A stretch of DNA of 64,000 nucleotides from Amoeboaphelidium protococcarum X5 (GCA_023515725.1 JALDTO010000154.1:577484-641483), one strand, 5' to 3'; positions 40,555 through 55,159 are shown, counted from the stretch's first letter. Numbers and translations are program-made. The notes: generated from the letters alone by a model not told the origin.

Positions 40555-43500
40555 TCAAATTTACTTTCTAGTCAACTTCTTCGACTTTGTATCATTTTGA
40601 CCAGCATCTTCTTACGTCGCCTTCTTTCTGACAGCGATAGCAGGAGAAGGTAGTGGGAGCGCAGAGGACACGCCAGTGTTGGTGGAATGCGGCGTCTATT
40701 ACTATTGCAGATTAGCAGAGATTGGTACATCTGGCCTCAATTTTGCCATTTTCGTATCAATTTGAGGTGGCAATGATTCTTTATGCTATGTGTCTGAAGT
40801 GCCAGTTTTTGTGGAGGCAGACTTTTGCATCGCCTCTGGCTTCCTATCGAAGAACCTGTGAATGAAACCCTTGCGTTTATTACTCTGCCCATACTTGGTT
40901 AATCCATCAGATGATGCCAATACCTTTCCGAAAGGATCATCCATTTTCTATTCAGACAACTGTCTACGTCTTTCTCTTTCCCACTCCATCCATAATTTGG
41001 TATCAATGGTGGCGCTATTTTTACTAGTTTCGTCTTCACCACCGTGGCCATGAGCATCACCTCCCTTCTTCTCTCCGGCCACTTGGCGAGTCTATCCCCA
41101 AGAGAAATCGTCAAAATGCCAGAAAGCATAAACGGGCAGCACGAAGTTCCATACAGGCAAAGCGAGTAGATATATAAGCATATAATAGATGTAGATGGTC
41201 TTACCAGCGGTAAGCATGATCAACACAGCAGGCAAACCCAAGATAGCGGCCAGCAATCCAAGAGGTACCCATTACGGCTCACTAATGGCCGATCTTATAA
41301 TCATAACTAATGTGAATATAATTGCAGCAGGTAGAGTTGCAGTACCTACAAGTCCTAAAAACACGACAAACTGCATGGAGAAACAGAAAGTCCCGCACAG
41401 CTCCCTCACCAATATCAACTCCATCAAGTTATGTACAGTAGAGTTGATCCAGCGACGTCTTTGTGAAAGTAATACCTAAAACTCTGCAGGCACCTGAGTT
41501 TTACACAATGCTTTTGGGACAAACATCATCTTCCGCTTAGGGAACGTTCTCAACATTAACGTGGTCAAATACCGATCTTCACCAAGCAAGAGGAGATTTT
41601 TCTTATGCAAAGTGTCAACATTAGACTCGCTATAATCTGCAACGATATCTGGATTAGATATTATTGGAATCCAATCGCATAATTCCTCTGCGTTAGGCTC
41701 GTCTCTAAGATGTAACGGCAGAGGCTTTGGAGCTTTGATTCTATACATACAGAAGCACCCAGGCAGACAAGTGACACCTCCAAATATAGACTCAAAAGCC
41801 TTGTCCAAATGATGACTGGTGTAATATTCAAACACCTGGATCATGGAGACCCAACTCTCATTTTTGTTCATAATCCTCGTCTCTCCACACAAGCCCATTA
41901 CAGAGGGATCACGCTGCATGACACTTACCATTCTAGAAAGGGAATCTGGTAGAACTTTGGTGTCTGCATCAACCATCAGCACAATCTCAAACATGTCCGG
42001 AGTGACTTTAACCACAGAATCATTCTATACGGTCATGATGTGGGACCATTTAAGAAATAGATCATATTAAGCCGCTGATAGTGGTTCGTTGAGCATAATT
42101 TTTGATAAGAAATCCATGAGGACAATTTGTGAATCTCTCTTGCCACGATTACCAGCTTTTGCACCACTTTACTCTGCTGGGGTCCCGCACTTGTAGACCA
42201 AAATCATGGCAACACGTCTATTTCCAGTCAAGTAAGTGCCACAGTAAATCTTGGCCATATTATGCTACTTGGATCCGGCTCCAATCGCTTTATAACTCTG
42301 AGGCTCAGCATTTCTACACTTCAAAATTTTCTTTTCCTCTTTCGTTTTCTCATCTATAACGGTCTCATAAGTGACAGGTCCATGCATAGCTTCATCTAGC
42401 TGCATCATATCAAGCACAATATCTCCAGTTGGTTTAGGATTACCCGCACCTTAAACAACTCCATCAGCAACTACAAAAATCAGTTTATAGTTATCGTGAT
42501 AATCAGTCTAAGCCAAAGAGTCTATAGTAGTTCTAAGACCAGCTTCACCCTCAGAATATGCGGTAACTAGACACAAAGTATACAATTCTCTATACCGAAC
42601 GTCAAAGTCCACAACATGAAAAAGAGAAAACGATTGTGGATGAGTGGCTGCAGTTACTCCAGTACCAACTGATTAAACGTGCTTGTTCTCAACATCAGAG
42701 CCGGCGGCAACTTGGAATAGGGATCGAGATGCTTGAATCTTACCAAGCTACCATGACAAGAACCATCCGAAAAATACAGCCAATATAAATCTAACCATGA
42801 CCAATGAGCAAATCATGATAAGAGCAATATTCAAGATTGTATTGGCAGCAAGACACAGGATAGGATCCTTCTCTATTGTACCGGCTGTATACATTGCGGC
42901 CATACAATCTCCAATCTACTTTAATTCAGGACTCTTTCCAAAGTATGAAGATGCATCACTGCCTAAGGCTCTACGGACTAATAAGTCAACTTCAGGACCA
43001 AACTACTACTCGCCACTCAAGTATCGACCCATATCAAGCACAAGGCCATTATAAACCATGTAATTAGATTTGGAACCAGAAGGATCTTACTCAGTAACAC
43101 TCTCCCAGGTAAAATAAACATCTCCAACTCGCAAAGGACTAAGGACTGATTCAGATGAACTCAGTTTATGACAATGTTTAAGACCACTTTTACCAGAAAA
43201 TTATTTAGAGAAAATCTTCGCATAATCGCACTCAGGCTTAACATTTGAAAACTACGAGCAGGCACCGTTATCCTACTCAAACATTCCAGATATATCGTAG
43301 GGAGCACCTTCTGATATGAGCTTACTCATACTCTAAATACCTTATATAGCTGGATGCTTTTCATTAAACCAAGATTTGATGTCATAAACTTGTCCATAGA
43401 CTACCACTTTCCCGGCAGGTAAATAGTTTCCACCTTTAATGTCCTTAAAATTATACTGGGAACCATTCGGTGGAGGACAAGAGCTGGACTGGTAGAAGAA

Positions 43501-44103
43501 TGTGAAGAAGCACAAGAATATACACATGAGCGCAGATATAGTACATAGAGCCACCTTCTCGCGGTATGCCTGCTTCACGCCAGGATCAGTCTTCTTCAAC
43601 ACTTTTTCAATGTAAACATTGGGAATGTAACAACTAAGAACCAATGCAGCAACTTCCCACACCCTCTGACATTTTCCATCACTATTCATCAACCTGTTCA
43701 CTTTGGGTAATTGAGATACCGGAACTCCAGCTTAAATCTACTGCCTCACATAATGCTATGATTTTGAACGATCAGTCTTGCTCAGCGATAATCCAGTCTT
43801 TGCCGTGGAAGCCTTAGACACAGCAGCCGATGGCTACAGATTGGAGACACTCATGATGCTATTGAGCTTCGTGCTGGATATATTAATAGGAGATGCTTTC
43901 GCACTACCAGTACCTAGAGTTGCTGGTGTTTGAGTGATCGAAACACTGACATCTGCAGGTTACGCAGTGTTCATCAACTTATTACGCAAAGTGGACTTCT
44001 TCTCACTCTGGAGCTTTGGTGAGCCAGGAGCCAATTTTTAGTCTTGAAGACTATTCTTTTTGCTGTGGTCCCTATTCTAAGATGACTTATTATCTTCAGG
44101 CAT
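40555..44103 (-). CDS. Chitin synthase, division 2 (class IV-like, cytochrome b5-like region, no myosin head), 1182 aa
   Basis: [84 protein letters not shown]. Confidence 0.96.
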
Positions 44104-44665
44104 GTGCTTATCCGAATAAAAAATTGCTAGATAGAGTACTACAATATGTACGTTAGTTAATACTGAAGATCAATGACAAGGGGAAAGTAACAAACAATTT
44201 CTGGAAAGATCCGTTTCAGAGTTGAAACAAAAAGAGATTCGCCGATTCATTTCATCACACATTGAATGTCAGCAAGATCAGTCAGTTTGAATGGCACTTT
44301 TCTGTAAAGTCGACTAATTAGAAGCTAATCATAATATTTGTGCATTGTGACGAAATGTAAACTGACTAAAATGATAGAATAAAAAATGGACGTTGAAATG
44401 CTGAGCTTTATAAACTTGTGAAAAACCGAATAGTAGTCTATAACCACTTTGTTATCTTGTATAAAACGCGATGAAGTTGTAGCAGTGAATGAATAAAAAT
44501 TTCAGGCAATGTACGATGTAAGTGCGTCATAAGCAGCAGTGTTTCTGTAATTAGCGTTTGAGACCGCCATAGAGTTCGTGTTAAATGTTTCAAAACCGTT
44601 TCACCAATTCGTGATTTCCTTCTTCTGTTTCAGACTTTGGACATTCTGTTAATATCTGCAACATC

Positions 44666-47094
44666 ATGCTAAACTACAACAACAAGTAGGCTGGTTAGTA
44701 GTCTTCCAGTAGCAAGTTCTCTTTCCAGAACGTGGTTGGTCAACAAAAGTAATCTCATTTGCCTCTGGGTACGCGTTAATCTTCATCCAGTGACATTATC
44801 ACCATCACTGATGATGAGGAAGCTAACAAACAGTTTGGACGTAGTAATGCTCAAATGCCTCCACCACCTCTGGGTCCTCGTATTTCTACACGTCAACAAC
44901 ATGGTAAGTGTTATACAAAACATGCAATTGCGGATTTGAAAATGTTATTCAACTATTCGTAGTGTCTGAAATTCCTAAATCTGTGCCAAGTAATAGTGAG
45001 CTGTTTCAGAACGCGTCGGCTTCGTCAAGCTTTAACAGCAAGACTGAATCTGAAAACTTCCCGCCCTCTCCAGCTCAATCTTAATTGTCTCAGCATTCAC
45101 TGATTGCTGAACCACTTGCTTCATTTCAGTTGGAGAATTTGAATGAATCTTTGCAATTGCCGGTGGTTGCTGCAGCTTCTCCCCAGTAGTCAGGCTAAGC
45201 ATCTGGTAAGAAATCCAAGTCTGGTGACGGTGATCTGCTTTCTTAGTTGTATTCATTGATCAAGTCTGAAAGCAAGCGCAAGGATAAGGATCTAGTTGCA
45301 AAAGATAATGAGCTTCGCGAAGCTAATCGCAACATTGATTACCTGAGATCTGGCAATAGGGAGCTGATGGCCGCGTCCGTTCGCCATGCTGAACACTTGA
45401 ACATCTGGGGCTCTATTGAGATGAATTACGCGCAACTGTAAGTTTTATCTGTGTCTGTGCTTATAGTCGAAAGTCTTATTCTATCTGAATTGTAGAATAA
45501 ACTCAGTAAATGATAAGTTGGCTAAACAGGAGAGTAGGTTGGACGAGTTAAAGTCATTGCCAGTCAAGCTATAGGAGGCGCACACCAATTACAAGCTCTT
45601 GAAGAAAGGTATGATATATTTTCATTGTCACAATGCATAAACTGAATTATAAAGTAGATCTAGCTCTAAAAGAGTTCTAAGTGAGTTAATTAGCGGAGAA
45701 ATGCTCAGAGCTGAATGCCAAACGTAAGAATGCTTTTGATTTCGCTAAAACTCAGTCTGATTACTTATCATGTAGTTCAAGATTCAGATACGCGCTTGGA
45801 ATTGACCATGTCTAATAGCAAAGACTAGTTGGAAAAGTTGCGCAGCGAATAAGAAGTCGTGAAGATGTCATATGAGTCCACAATAGCTGATTTGAGCTGT
45901 GAAGTCAAGGAGCTGGAGAAGACGAAACAGGATTTAGTCGTCCAAAAGGGTATGCTTAATTCTTCAGCTTCGGTATAGGATGTTTATTAAATAGTGTAGC
46001 TGCTCGAGACGCTGAAGTTGAATCTCTGTCTATGCGATATGAACACCTTGAGTCGTTATTTGCCGAATTTCAAATGGCCTTTGATAAACTCAATAACAAC
46101 ATTAGTAAAGATGGCTCGACTCATAGGGATGCTATCGCTAAGCAGCTGGAACAAATGTCATCGTTTACAAAATCCAACTTTGAATTGCTGTCTTAACAAT
46201 TATCTGCTGGCCAGAAGGATGAGCAAGATGGAGAGTCTAGTAATTTTCAACAGCAATTGGCCATGTTGTAAAGCATATTGGCGTAATTAAAGTCTCGTAG
46301 TTCTGACTCTGAGGAACAGCAGTAAATGCGTGATCAATTGCAGGCTTTACACGATGCATTGATGACAGTCAAGCAATAGCTGGCCGTTAAAGCAAATGAT
46401 GACTCTGCCGCGGTCAAAGAACTACGTGATCAATTAAATCAAGCATCCAAGGAGAATCAAAAGTTGAAACAGAATGTTGAGTATCTGTAGTCTGCAGTGC
46501 GTGATTCAGAGAGTCTCAAGGATAACTCTGATGCTGTAGAGTAGCAGAAAAATGAAATCAAAGGCTTGATGGATAGGAATATGTATCTAGTAAGTGAGAT
46601 TGAGTCTTTGAAAGAGCAAATCGCGTCACAGTAAAAGAGTGGTAATGATATTACTGCAATCAAGAAGCTGAGTCAGACGTCCATCAATAGTAAAGATCGT
46701 CCCAATGTTTCGGTGATTGAGAATAATCGTGGAGGGTTGTTCAAGAAACCGCAGACGTCCAACTTGACTGTTGAAGAGGATTCCGTTGAATTTAGTGACG
46801 CATCCGTGTACCGTGAAGTTGCGCTGCAGAAGAAGTCCAAGACTAAGGTAAGTTTGAATACTTGGAACAGTGAATATCATCTTTATCAACGTGTTGTAGA
46901 AAAAGCTGATTGAGAACTCTGCTTAACACGCTGTAGTCGCCAAGAAATCTGAAGGTCTAAGCTTTGCCAATCCCAGTCCGTCTAAAGTGGCTCAGAATAA
47001 AACAAAGGTAAGTCTATTTGCGTAATATATGTATCGATAAACAAGTATGTAGAACACGTACACCTCCACCAAGAAACGCCCTCGCTTTTATTGA
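44666..47094 (+). CDS. Long coiled-coil protein with disordered ends, 7 introns
   Basis: Introns 44904-44962, 45438-45495, 45609-45657, 45724-45775, 45950-45999, 46848-46899 and 47008-47052 give one frame ending NTYTSTKKRPRFY-TGA. Confidence 0.8.
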
Positions 47095-47609
47095 TTGACT
47101 ATTGCAATGTCGAATAATTTGAATTGATTAAATGTTTAAGATATGAATTATTAGGAAACTGGGTAGGATCTAATCTCTATTAAAACGTAGTTCAAGTATA
47201 AGAAATCGGCACATATTCTCTATTTACACCATCATAACACCCACTTGGAATTTCAATCACTTTTTAGCCTTTTTCATTGAATCCAACGCGTCAACAACCT
47301 GACTCAATTAGATCTGGATATCTTGTGAGAGACCATCATTAGACGCCACCATCTACTATATCATTTACTTGGCATTCTTATTAGTGATAGGCCCCTTCTT
47401 CTTTAAATTAAATCGCATAGTAGACTACATTTCAATTTATTTGGCTATAATTAGATCTTTTTATCGTCTCAAGCGCGAATCGTTGAAGAGTAGGAGGAGT
47501 GAGGTGAGATTTAGCGACGCTAATGTCTTCCTCATCAGATTCTTTTATGATAATAGTATAAAAGTTGAGGGGATTCCGAAATATTTTAATTTTTTCTATA
47601 AAAGTAATA

Positions 47610-49574
47610 ATGTTTACTAATTTAAAGAATATTTTGGCTTAGGTGGTTGCACCTATTAATGAAAAGTTAACACCTCTGGAGACTTTGATGGCACACTACA
47701 ATCACATTGAAGCGTACTATGCCAAGAGCGACGTGCAGTATAGACTGATTGCTCACACCAACATCCCTATACACGTTGATGGCATTCGGAAATACTTGAA
47801 GGAGCAATACTGCATGGAGTTCTTTCTATCTCATCAGATATTTGCATACCTGGTGGAGAAAGCATTGTAGAATAATCCCGTCGGAATGGACGTTCTGGTA
47901 TGTAGATTCACCAGTAGTCTGTTGGGCGCGTAGCGAAATGCTCAGCTTTTGCCTGAAGAGTCGTTCCGTTCACCTCTGGAATAGTTACTGAGGCATTGCG
48001 ATGAAAAGTTACACACGCAGGATAACTAGGAACTTTTATGGGAACTGGTAAAGCTGTTAAATGCCCTGTCCAAGCAATTTGAGTAGAATCCTCCCCTGCT
48101 AATCTTGTTCTTCAAAGAGACTGGTGAATTTGAGTTGTTCGATCTAATCTTATCATACTCTTTTGATATCACTAATAAAGAGGTTGTTCTGACTGCATCG
48201 AGAGAGGCGTTATTAATAGTCATTGGTGTTGTATGCTCACAGTACTATTCTAATGCAAAAATCTAATCCCAGTATCAGCGATACATCTCGCAGTCTCAAT
48301 TGTCGAACCATATCGTTGATATATTCACAGAGCTATTTGTTAAAGTGTCCGCTGTAATAGATTCTTCTCAATCTTTGGATGAAGTTAAATCTGATTATGA
48401 TATCCCACGCCTGTTTGATTATATTCTATTCATTATTGATCTTTTGAATGTCTCTTCTGCCAAGGATCCTATTGGAGAAGGGGATTTGATTGCTCATACG
48501 CTTATTGAAGCTTTTAAGTAGGAAATGCTGAGGAATATTGTATTTAAAAAGATCATGTTGGTGTTATCTAGCGATTCGGTAAAGTATTAGACTCGACAGC
48601 GATTATGGCTCGACTTTCTGGCTGGTTTTATACTGGAGATTGGCGGCACGGACTTGTTGATGGCCCCTTTTCTGAACTGCTTTATTGATGCCCAATTATC
48701 GGATAAGCTGTACAAGTACTGTTAATCAGAAGAGCCGTTAATCTCTATTCACGCTTGGAAAGTGTTTGATGCCCTATTCACCACTTATAATAGCTCCGTT
48801 TATACACGTCTCGTTCTTCATCCTATATTTACAGAGTCTTTGGATGGAGGTGCAAGTTCCTAGATAATGTATTCAAGACGGTAGAGCTCTTTGTACAAGA
48901 TTATCTAAAAGATTCTTTTGTAAAGTCCACCTAGTCAGTTGTAGATGCGTCCAGATAGTCCATTCAAACTTTTAGTTGATAATGAAAGTAAAGACCGGGA
49001 TTTTACAACTTAAGAAGGTTAAGATCTGATTGTTCCTAATTCGCGTGATATCGATAGCTATCTGGAAGAGGCATATGTAAAGAGTGTGCAATGCTTCAGG
49101 ATTGTCAATCAGTGGAATCTTACAGTTGATGCGTCTCCGTCTCGAGAAACTGTTGATATTCTCGAGCTTATAATGGAAAAATTCAGTTCATTCTATAGAA
49201 ATTCACCCGCTCTCAATCTGGTCCTCACTAGTATATTATCTAATCTTGCCATGATCCCACAGCGATAGATTTAGAATTGGATTTTATCCATTGAAGATTA
49301 GGTGGATGTCAAATCTCCAGTGTTGCAGCACTCTATTGTATAGACGCTCCTGAAAGTTCTTCAAGAGTCACACAGTCTCAAGGAATGTATCCCAGATATC
49401 GAATAAAGACTTGAACAGTGGAATGGCAATCCTAAACATGGGAATGCAGCAGAAGACTCTTTGCTGTACAATTACGCGATTCTGATGGAATTCTCCAAAG
49501 AACTATGCTCCATTTTATTCATCGTTAATAGAACTCTTAACATGATTGAAAAGTATGATAAGTATCAGTAATGA
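47610..49574 (+). CDS. FHF complex subunit FHIP/FAM160 (RAI16-like)
   Basis: CMEFFLSHQIF, NNPVGM, NPPLLILFF, ASREALL, FYRNSPALNLVLTSILSNLA, C-terminal NYAILMEFSKELCSI. Confidence 0.85.
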
Positions 49575-49710
49575 TAATCTTAATACTCAGTCATTTTCAC
49601 ACGTTTAACCTTGCGTCTACCACAGTTTGTTATCTTGAAGAGATTCGCGTGAGATCTCTCTCTTTTCCCCAATACTGTAGAGATTGTTCAATCAGTGAAG
49701 CAGCGAAAAA

Positions 49711-51077
49711 ATGACGGGAGGATCGATTAAAGATGTCAAGTCAGCTATTGAAGTATTATCGGCTAGAATTCGACGAAGGTATGCGTAGTGCTATATACAC
49801 AATTACATTTCTATTTCTTTGATCACTTTTGCTTGTGTGTAGAGAAGTCAATGGAGCATATACATGCGCGATTGAAGTGTTATACGTTATGCGCGCCCTG
49901 GTGTCTAACGGGAGATGGGCCAATGTTAAAGAACTCTTAGAACTAGTGAGAGAAGCTGGTTATCGCCTCAGTCTTGTTAATCCTGCAGGTATTTATAAAG
50001 ATCGAAGAGGGTTTTATAATGCGATGAATTCTATATATGATTTGAGAAAATGTGAGTGTAGAGTTTACTATTGCTAATACGGCTAGGCGTGTAATGCATT
50101 TAATTCGCGAAGAGTATCATGATATTATTACTCATGAGCAGTAGAGTGAACGGGAGCAGCATCGTGGTGGTGGTGGATAATAGTAGCAGTCCTTCTCTGG
50201 AGCCACCACCCCGCTATTGATCGGCAGTATGCCAACTTCACCTAGCTTTAGTTCAGCACTCAGCGGTATCCTATAGTTGTCTGATTCCATGATGAACTAC
50301 ATTGATTACACTCAAGGTGATTTATACGCGCTGAAGCCGGCCTTCATTCAGGGGATCAATGATCTGATTGAGGAACTTGGCTCTGTGGGATAGACTATAG
50401 CCGCCCAAGCTTTGGACCATATCCACGCCAAAGATGTTATAATGACTATTGGACGTTCAAAGACTGTGGAGTCGTTCCTGAAGGCGGCGCGTAGAAAGCG
50501 AGAGTTCCAGGTGATTGTGGCAGAGTGTGCACCTCAACTATCCGGGCATGAAATGGCTTAATCTCTTGCCAAGAGCGGTATCGACACCACTTTGGTGCCG
50601 GACTGTGCCATACACGCAATGATGATGTCTCGTGTGAATATGGTCATGATTGGGTGTCACGCTATTCTAGCTGACGGATCAATTGTAGCACCTGTAGGTA
50701 CTCTGAATGTTGTGGCTGTGGCCTAATCTGCGCGGATCCCTGTGGTGGTATGCACTGGATTATACAAGTTATCTCCCATATTCAAAGGTGATGAGGTGGC
50801 CACCATATGCGCAGATCCATCCAATATGCTCAGCTTTCAAGACCCGTTGATGTAGAATGTACAAGTTGTCAATCCGCTCTATGATTTTATCAGTGCCGGC
50901 AGTATGAATTTGTTCATAACCAACACGCAGGGATGCTCTCCTCAATACATGTACCGGTACTTGAGTGAACTCTATCACCCTCATGACTATGATATTACAC
51001 CGTCCAACTTGCATCAAAGTTATGGCAAGAGCGATACTAATGATACTTCAGATTTTAACTAGTAATAAATACAATGA
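49711..51077 (+). CDS. GCD7: Translation initiation factor eIF2B beta subunit, 2 introns
   Basis: Introns 49779-49842 and 49989-50061; [59 protein letters not shown]. Confidence 0.93.
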
Positions 51078-51200
51078 TATAACACTCTTCATATTATGAA
51101 CTTTTTACCTTCTCAATCAATCGCTCTCCTAAAAATTAAAATCCAGTTGACTTGATTTTCTATAGTTACTAAAAATAATATAGAATCCAACTGATTTAAC

Positions 51201-52109
51201 ATGCAAGTGAGCAGATCGCTGGATAGAGTGTTCCTACTATTAGCCTCAAAAACTGGTTATCAAGAACTCAAGGCTATGAAGAATAAAGTTCTGGCACTGG
51301 AGAACGAGTATGTTATGGCCAGAAATCAGTTAAAGAGCACCAAGGCTGAGTATTAGAAATTGGTCCAAGATCGATCGCGAATCTAACGTGATATGAACTC
51401 TCTTCTCCAGCGAAAGCATAACTGGTCACCGGATGATGTCAATCACTTCACGCAGCTATACTCTCGCGATCATCAGATTGAGTAGATGGAAGGTGACTTG
51501 GAGTAGAGATTGAATGCCACTGAGTAGACTCATGACCAAGCTCACTCTGCGTGGATCGACGCGTTACGGGATCGCTTCAGGGAAGAGTCGCTATGGAGTG
51601 ATCACATTCGAATGATCAACACCTACTGGACCATGGCTCTGGTTGGCGTGAATATTGTGACTGCTGTCGGAGTTTACTCTTTCATTGAGCCTCGGAAGCG
51701 ATAGATGATGTTGGACTAGATTAAAGTGCACTTTGACTAAACTGTACTGCCTTCATAATCTTAGAAGCACGCTGCAGATAAGACGTCTGATAGTGCTATA
51801 TAATAAGATCAATCTTAATCAGAAGTGACCAAGCTCTTGGATTCGATAGACTCTAAACTTAACCAGGTCTTGTTAGAACAGCGCGATAATAACAACAAAT
51901 TCGCCGCCAACTATCAGCAGAGTAATAAGATATAATAGTAAGAAGAGTCGCGATGGTAGAAATCTCTGCATTATTGTAGAAATTACGCTCTCTCACTTTG
52001 GAACGGTCTCAGTTCATTGGACAGTAAAGCTGACTCTCGTCTGTCTGAAGCTGGCTTCGTTCTAATCAGTGGTCTCATTGGACTATGCTGGGGTCTCACA
52101 TTAAGCTGA
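51201..52109 (+). CDS. SHE9: Mitochondrial inner membrane protein She9/Mdm33
   Basis: TGYQELKAMK, QRDMNSLLQRKHNWSPDDVNHFTQLYSRDH, RFREESLWSDHIR, TM segment then EPRKR, C-terminal TM. Confidence 0.92.
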
Positions 52110-52333
52110 TTATATAATAAACTAGATTGTATGATTTATTTCATTATAAAACTTTTATTCCTATTATCTTAGTTGAGTGGAGTATTTATGCTTTGAATGT
52201 TGAATGAAGTTGAGTCATCGAATTGTTATAAAATGCAAAGTTTTGACACGCTGATCGAATTTGCCATTTCTTCTCTTAACAGTCAATCAGTACGGCGTCA
52301 TTATAAAAAAAAGAGAAAATATTATTTTATAAA

Positions 52334-53914
52334 ATGCTGTCCAATTATTATTAGTACATTCTATAGAACCAAGTGGATTCACTGATTTAGTAAAAGAAGT
52401 AGTGGTCTCAGTAGATGGAGTAGTTTGTGGGTAGATAAAAGATTGCGTAAGTCACTCTTTAATAGTAGATCAATGAACACTCTGTAGATGATCTTAATAA
52501 TAATGACCGTAAGTTGGCGTATCTGGGTATGGAGTATTATGCATGCCTGGATTAGAATGAGTTTAGATTGATGATGGAGAGGAGATAGTAGTATTGCGAT
52601 TAATAAATTGAATCTATTCAGCGAGAGATTGAGTCCATCCAGCGTAAAGTTGAAAGCGTGAGATAAATGCAGTCTGCATTAAATGACCAGTCTGAATAAT
52701 AATAAATGATGATGGAAGGGAATATCTAAGAATTTGAGAATCTCTCTATTGATGATATTGATAATAACAATAACAATATGCCAGAAGTAGCAATCTCAAC
52801 TGATCCTAATGATATTGTCTCTGCAGATTAGAAAGTGGGATTGGATGAGCAGGATATGGATGATATTCAAGCTTTATTAGACGCGGCGGAAGCTGAAGAG
52901 TAGGACGATTTAGTATAGAGGGATGAGTAAAGTTTATAATCTAATGATAATGGAATGAATAGCAACTATGCTCACTTGCAAGAAGTGATAAATGGTGGTA
53001 ATGCTGAAACTTAGAAGAATACATCTCAAGACTTAAATGTTGGTGAAGACTTGAACAAGGCTGATAATTATCTTAAAGAAGAAAGTGTATAGGACCCTAA
53101 TCAGGAAATGTATAAAGTGATTGATAGAACAGATGAGAATGATGAATATGGTTATTCAGTCCATGGACAAGTGTCTGAGGATGAACGTTACAGTTCTGGC
53201 TAGGATGATGACACGGATTCTGAGGATGAGGACTGGTACGATACTTCAAATGTTATGGGTATTCCGGCTCATCTCCTGGAAAGATATTGGAATTACGCGC
53301 CTGGTGAGACTGAATTGGGTCTTGACGCGTCTGTGTAGTTGAAAGAGATAATGTAGCACTAATAGTCGCTGGATGATCGGGTCATACCATAATATGATAT
53401 GGATGATGATGGTGATATTAAGCCTGTGAACAAGTCTCTAAGTACGGCTAGTAGTCAAAAGAGTGTCAGATTTGATGACAATTTGCAAGTTCACGAGTAT
53501 GTAGATGATCGTGTTGGAAATGGCCGAGGTTATAATAAAGGTGGTGGTAATGACGATGGTGACGACAATGAATTTGGATAGAATGCGGAGATGACTGCCC
53601 ATGAATTATCTCGAATGGCCACGCGTAACGATTCACCAAGGCCACAATAGTCAATCATTGGAGATATTAGAGTGAGGCGGAAGAAGACTAATAGCGGATC
53701 ACCTTTTAACAATTCTTATAATAATAATAATAATAATGAATTTGCATAGCTGTAACAGTAAGCGAAAACTGCATATTAATAGAAGAAGGCTGAGCGATTG
53801 TCTGATATTTAGATGACAGAGACCGCTATGACGGGTGCAGAAGATTCTGTAATATAAGAATAGCCAGGTAGAGTAAGTAAATTCAGATCCAAGTTTAAAT
53901 CTTCGCGTTAATGA
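52334..53914 (+). CDS. BUD27: Unconventional prefoldin URI1/Bud27-like protein
   Basis: Prefoldin-alpha-like N-terminus (AYLGMEYYA...MERRQQYCDQQI), long acidic middle, KSVRF, C-terminal URI-box-like RVSKFRSKFKSSR. Confidence 0.75.
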
Positions 53915-54190
53915 ATAATAAAAGTCACTATAACCATCATTGCCGATGTCTCCTTCACTCAAAGCGGCTACTCTGCTACAAAAGACAACACCTAGATATA
54001 TTATCCTTAGGTGTCTTTCTCTTACTCATTATTATTGTTATTATTATTTCTTGGTTAGTATATTCTCCGAGATGAGCATTGAGAGTTACTATATATATAT
54101 GTATTCTATTTTTGTACTTTTAGATGTCTAAATAAACACCAAGATTCTAATTCAAGATTCCGGTGATACTATTTACAGCATCAGCTGCAC

Positions 54191-54198
54191 TATAAAAG
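54191..54198 (+). promoter_or_regulatory. TATA box TATAAAAG
   Basis: Canonical TATAWAWR about 90 bp upstream of ATG 54282, followed by a pyrimidine tract and an A-rich leader. Confidence 0.5.
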
Positions 54199-54281
54199 GC
54201 CTATATGGCTATCCATCTTTCTCTTCCTCACCAAAAACAAATACCTAAAAGTAAAAATAATATCTAATCTAATCTACTAAA

Positions 54282-54956
54282 ATGCAAACTAAAATCGTCT
54301 TGTCTGTCCTGGCTACTATCGCTGCTCTGAACGCGTCTGCTGTTGTTTTGAACAATGTTGGATCTGCATCTATTGGTGATTAGATGGTTCAGGCCAACGC
54401 CACTGGTGCAATCGTCGGTAATGGTGTCTACAATCCTCCAGTCTCTGAGATTAACTATGTTGCTGCCAATGGTTAGGCTGAGTTGGATTTCATGACCCCT
54501 GTTGGCCACGTTGATGCTGCTGGTGCCATCACCGGTACAGGTAAGTAGGATGAGAGTGCCATTGGATCCGTCTCTGGTCGTGTCACTGGTCCTCATGGTG
54601 CTGGCTTTGAAGGTGCTGCTCACGGTGGTGCTGCTTATGACAAGGATGCTCACACTGTCGATACTCAAGGTTCGATTACCGGTCGCGGTACTTTTGATGG
54701 AAACTCTGTCGAGGGTTCTGCTCAAGGTAGCGGTAAGTATGCTGATGGTCACATCTCCGGCTCTGGCTCCTACAATGGTTGTATCACTCTGAAGGATGGC
54801 GGCAGAGTTTGTGGTGTTGCTGCTAACGGTGAGAATTCTGTATCCACCACTGATCCTGCCACTACTGAGGCTTCTACCAGCACTAATGATGCCTCTGTCA
54901 TTGCTTTGGGTGGATGGTCCGCTATTGCAGCTGGTGTTTTGATGCTTATGTTCTGA
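54282..54956 (+). CDS. Gly-rich, probably GPI-anchored surface protein, 224 aa
   Basis: Signal MQTKIVLSVLATIAALNASA, Gly-periodic strands, S/T linker, C-terminal hydrophobic tail NDASVIALGGWSAIAAGVLMLMF; strongly biased codons. Confidence 0.8.
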
Positions 54957-55159
54957 TCGCTTTATCCAAAGCTATAGAAGTATTTATGAATTGAGTATAA
55001 TAGATAAACTTTTTTGATCTGTAAAATGATGTTGATTGCTTTCGATTTTGTTCGTTCTTTGTATTCCTCTTTCTTCTTTGATTCTGAATTACTCTTTATA
55101 AGAATTCAGCACAATACTCTGTATCAAGATTAGTGGGATAAGAGTATAAATAAGATAAG

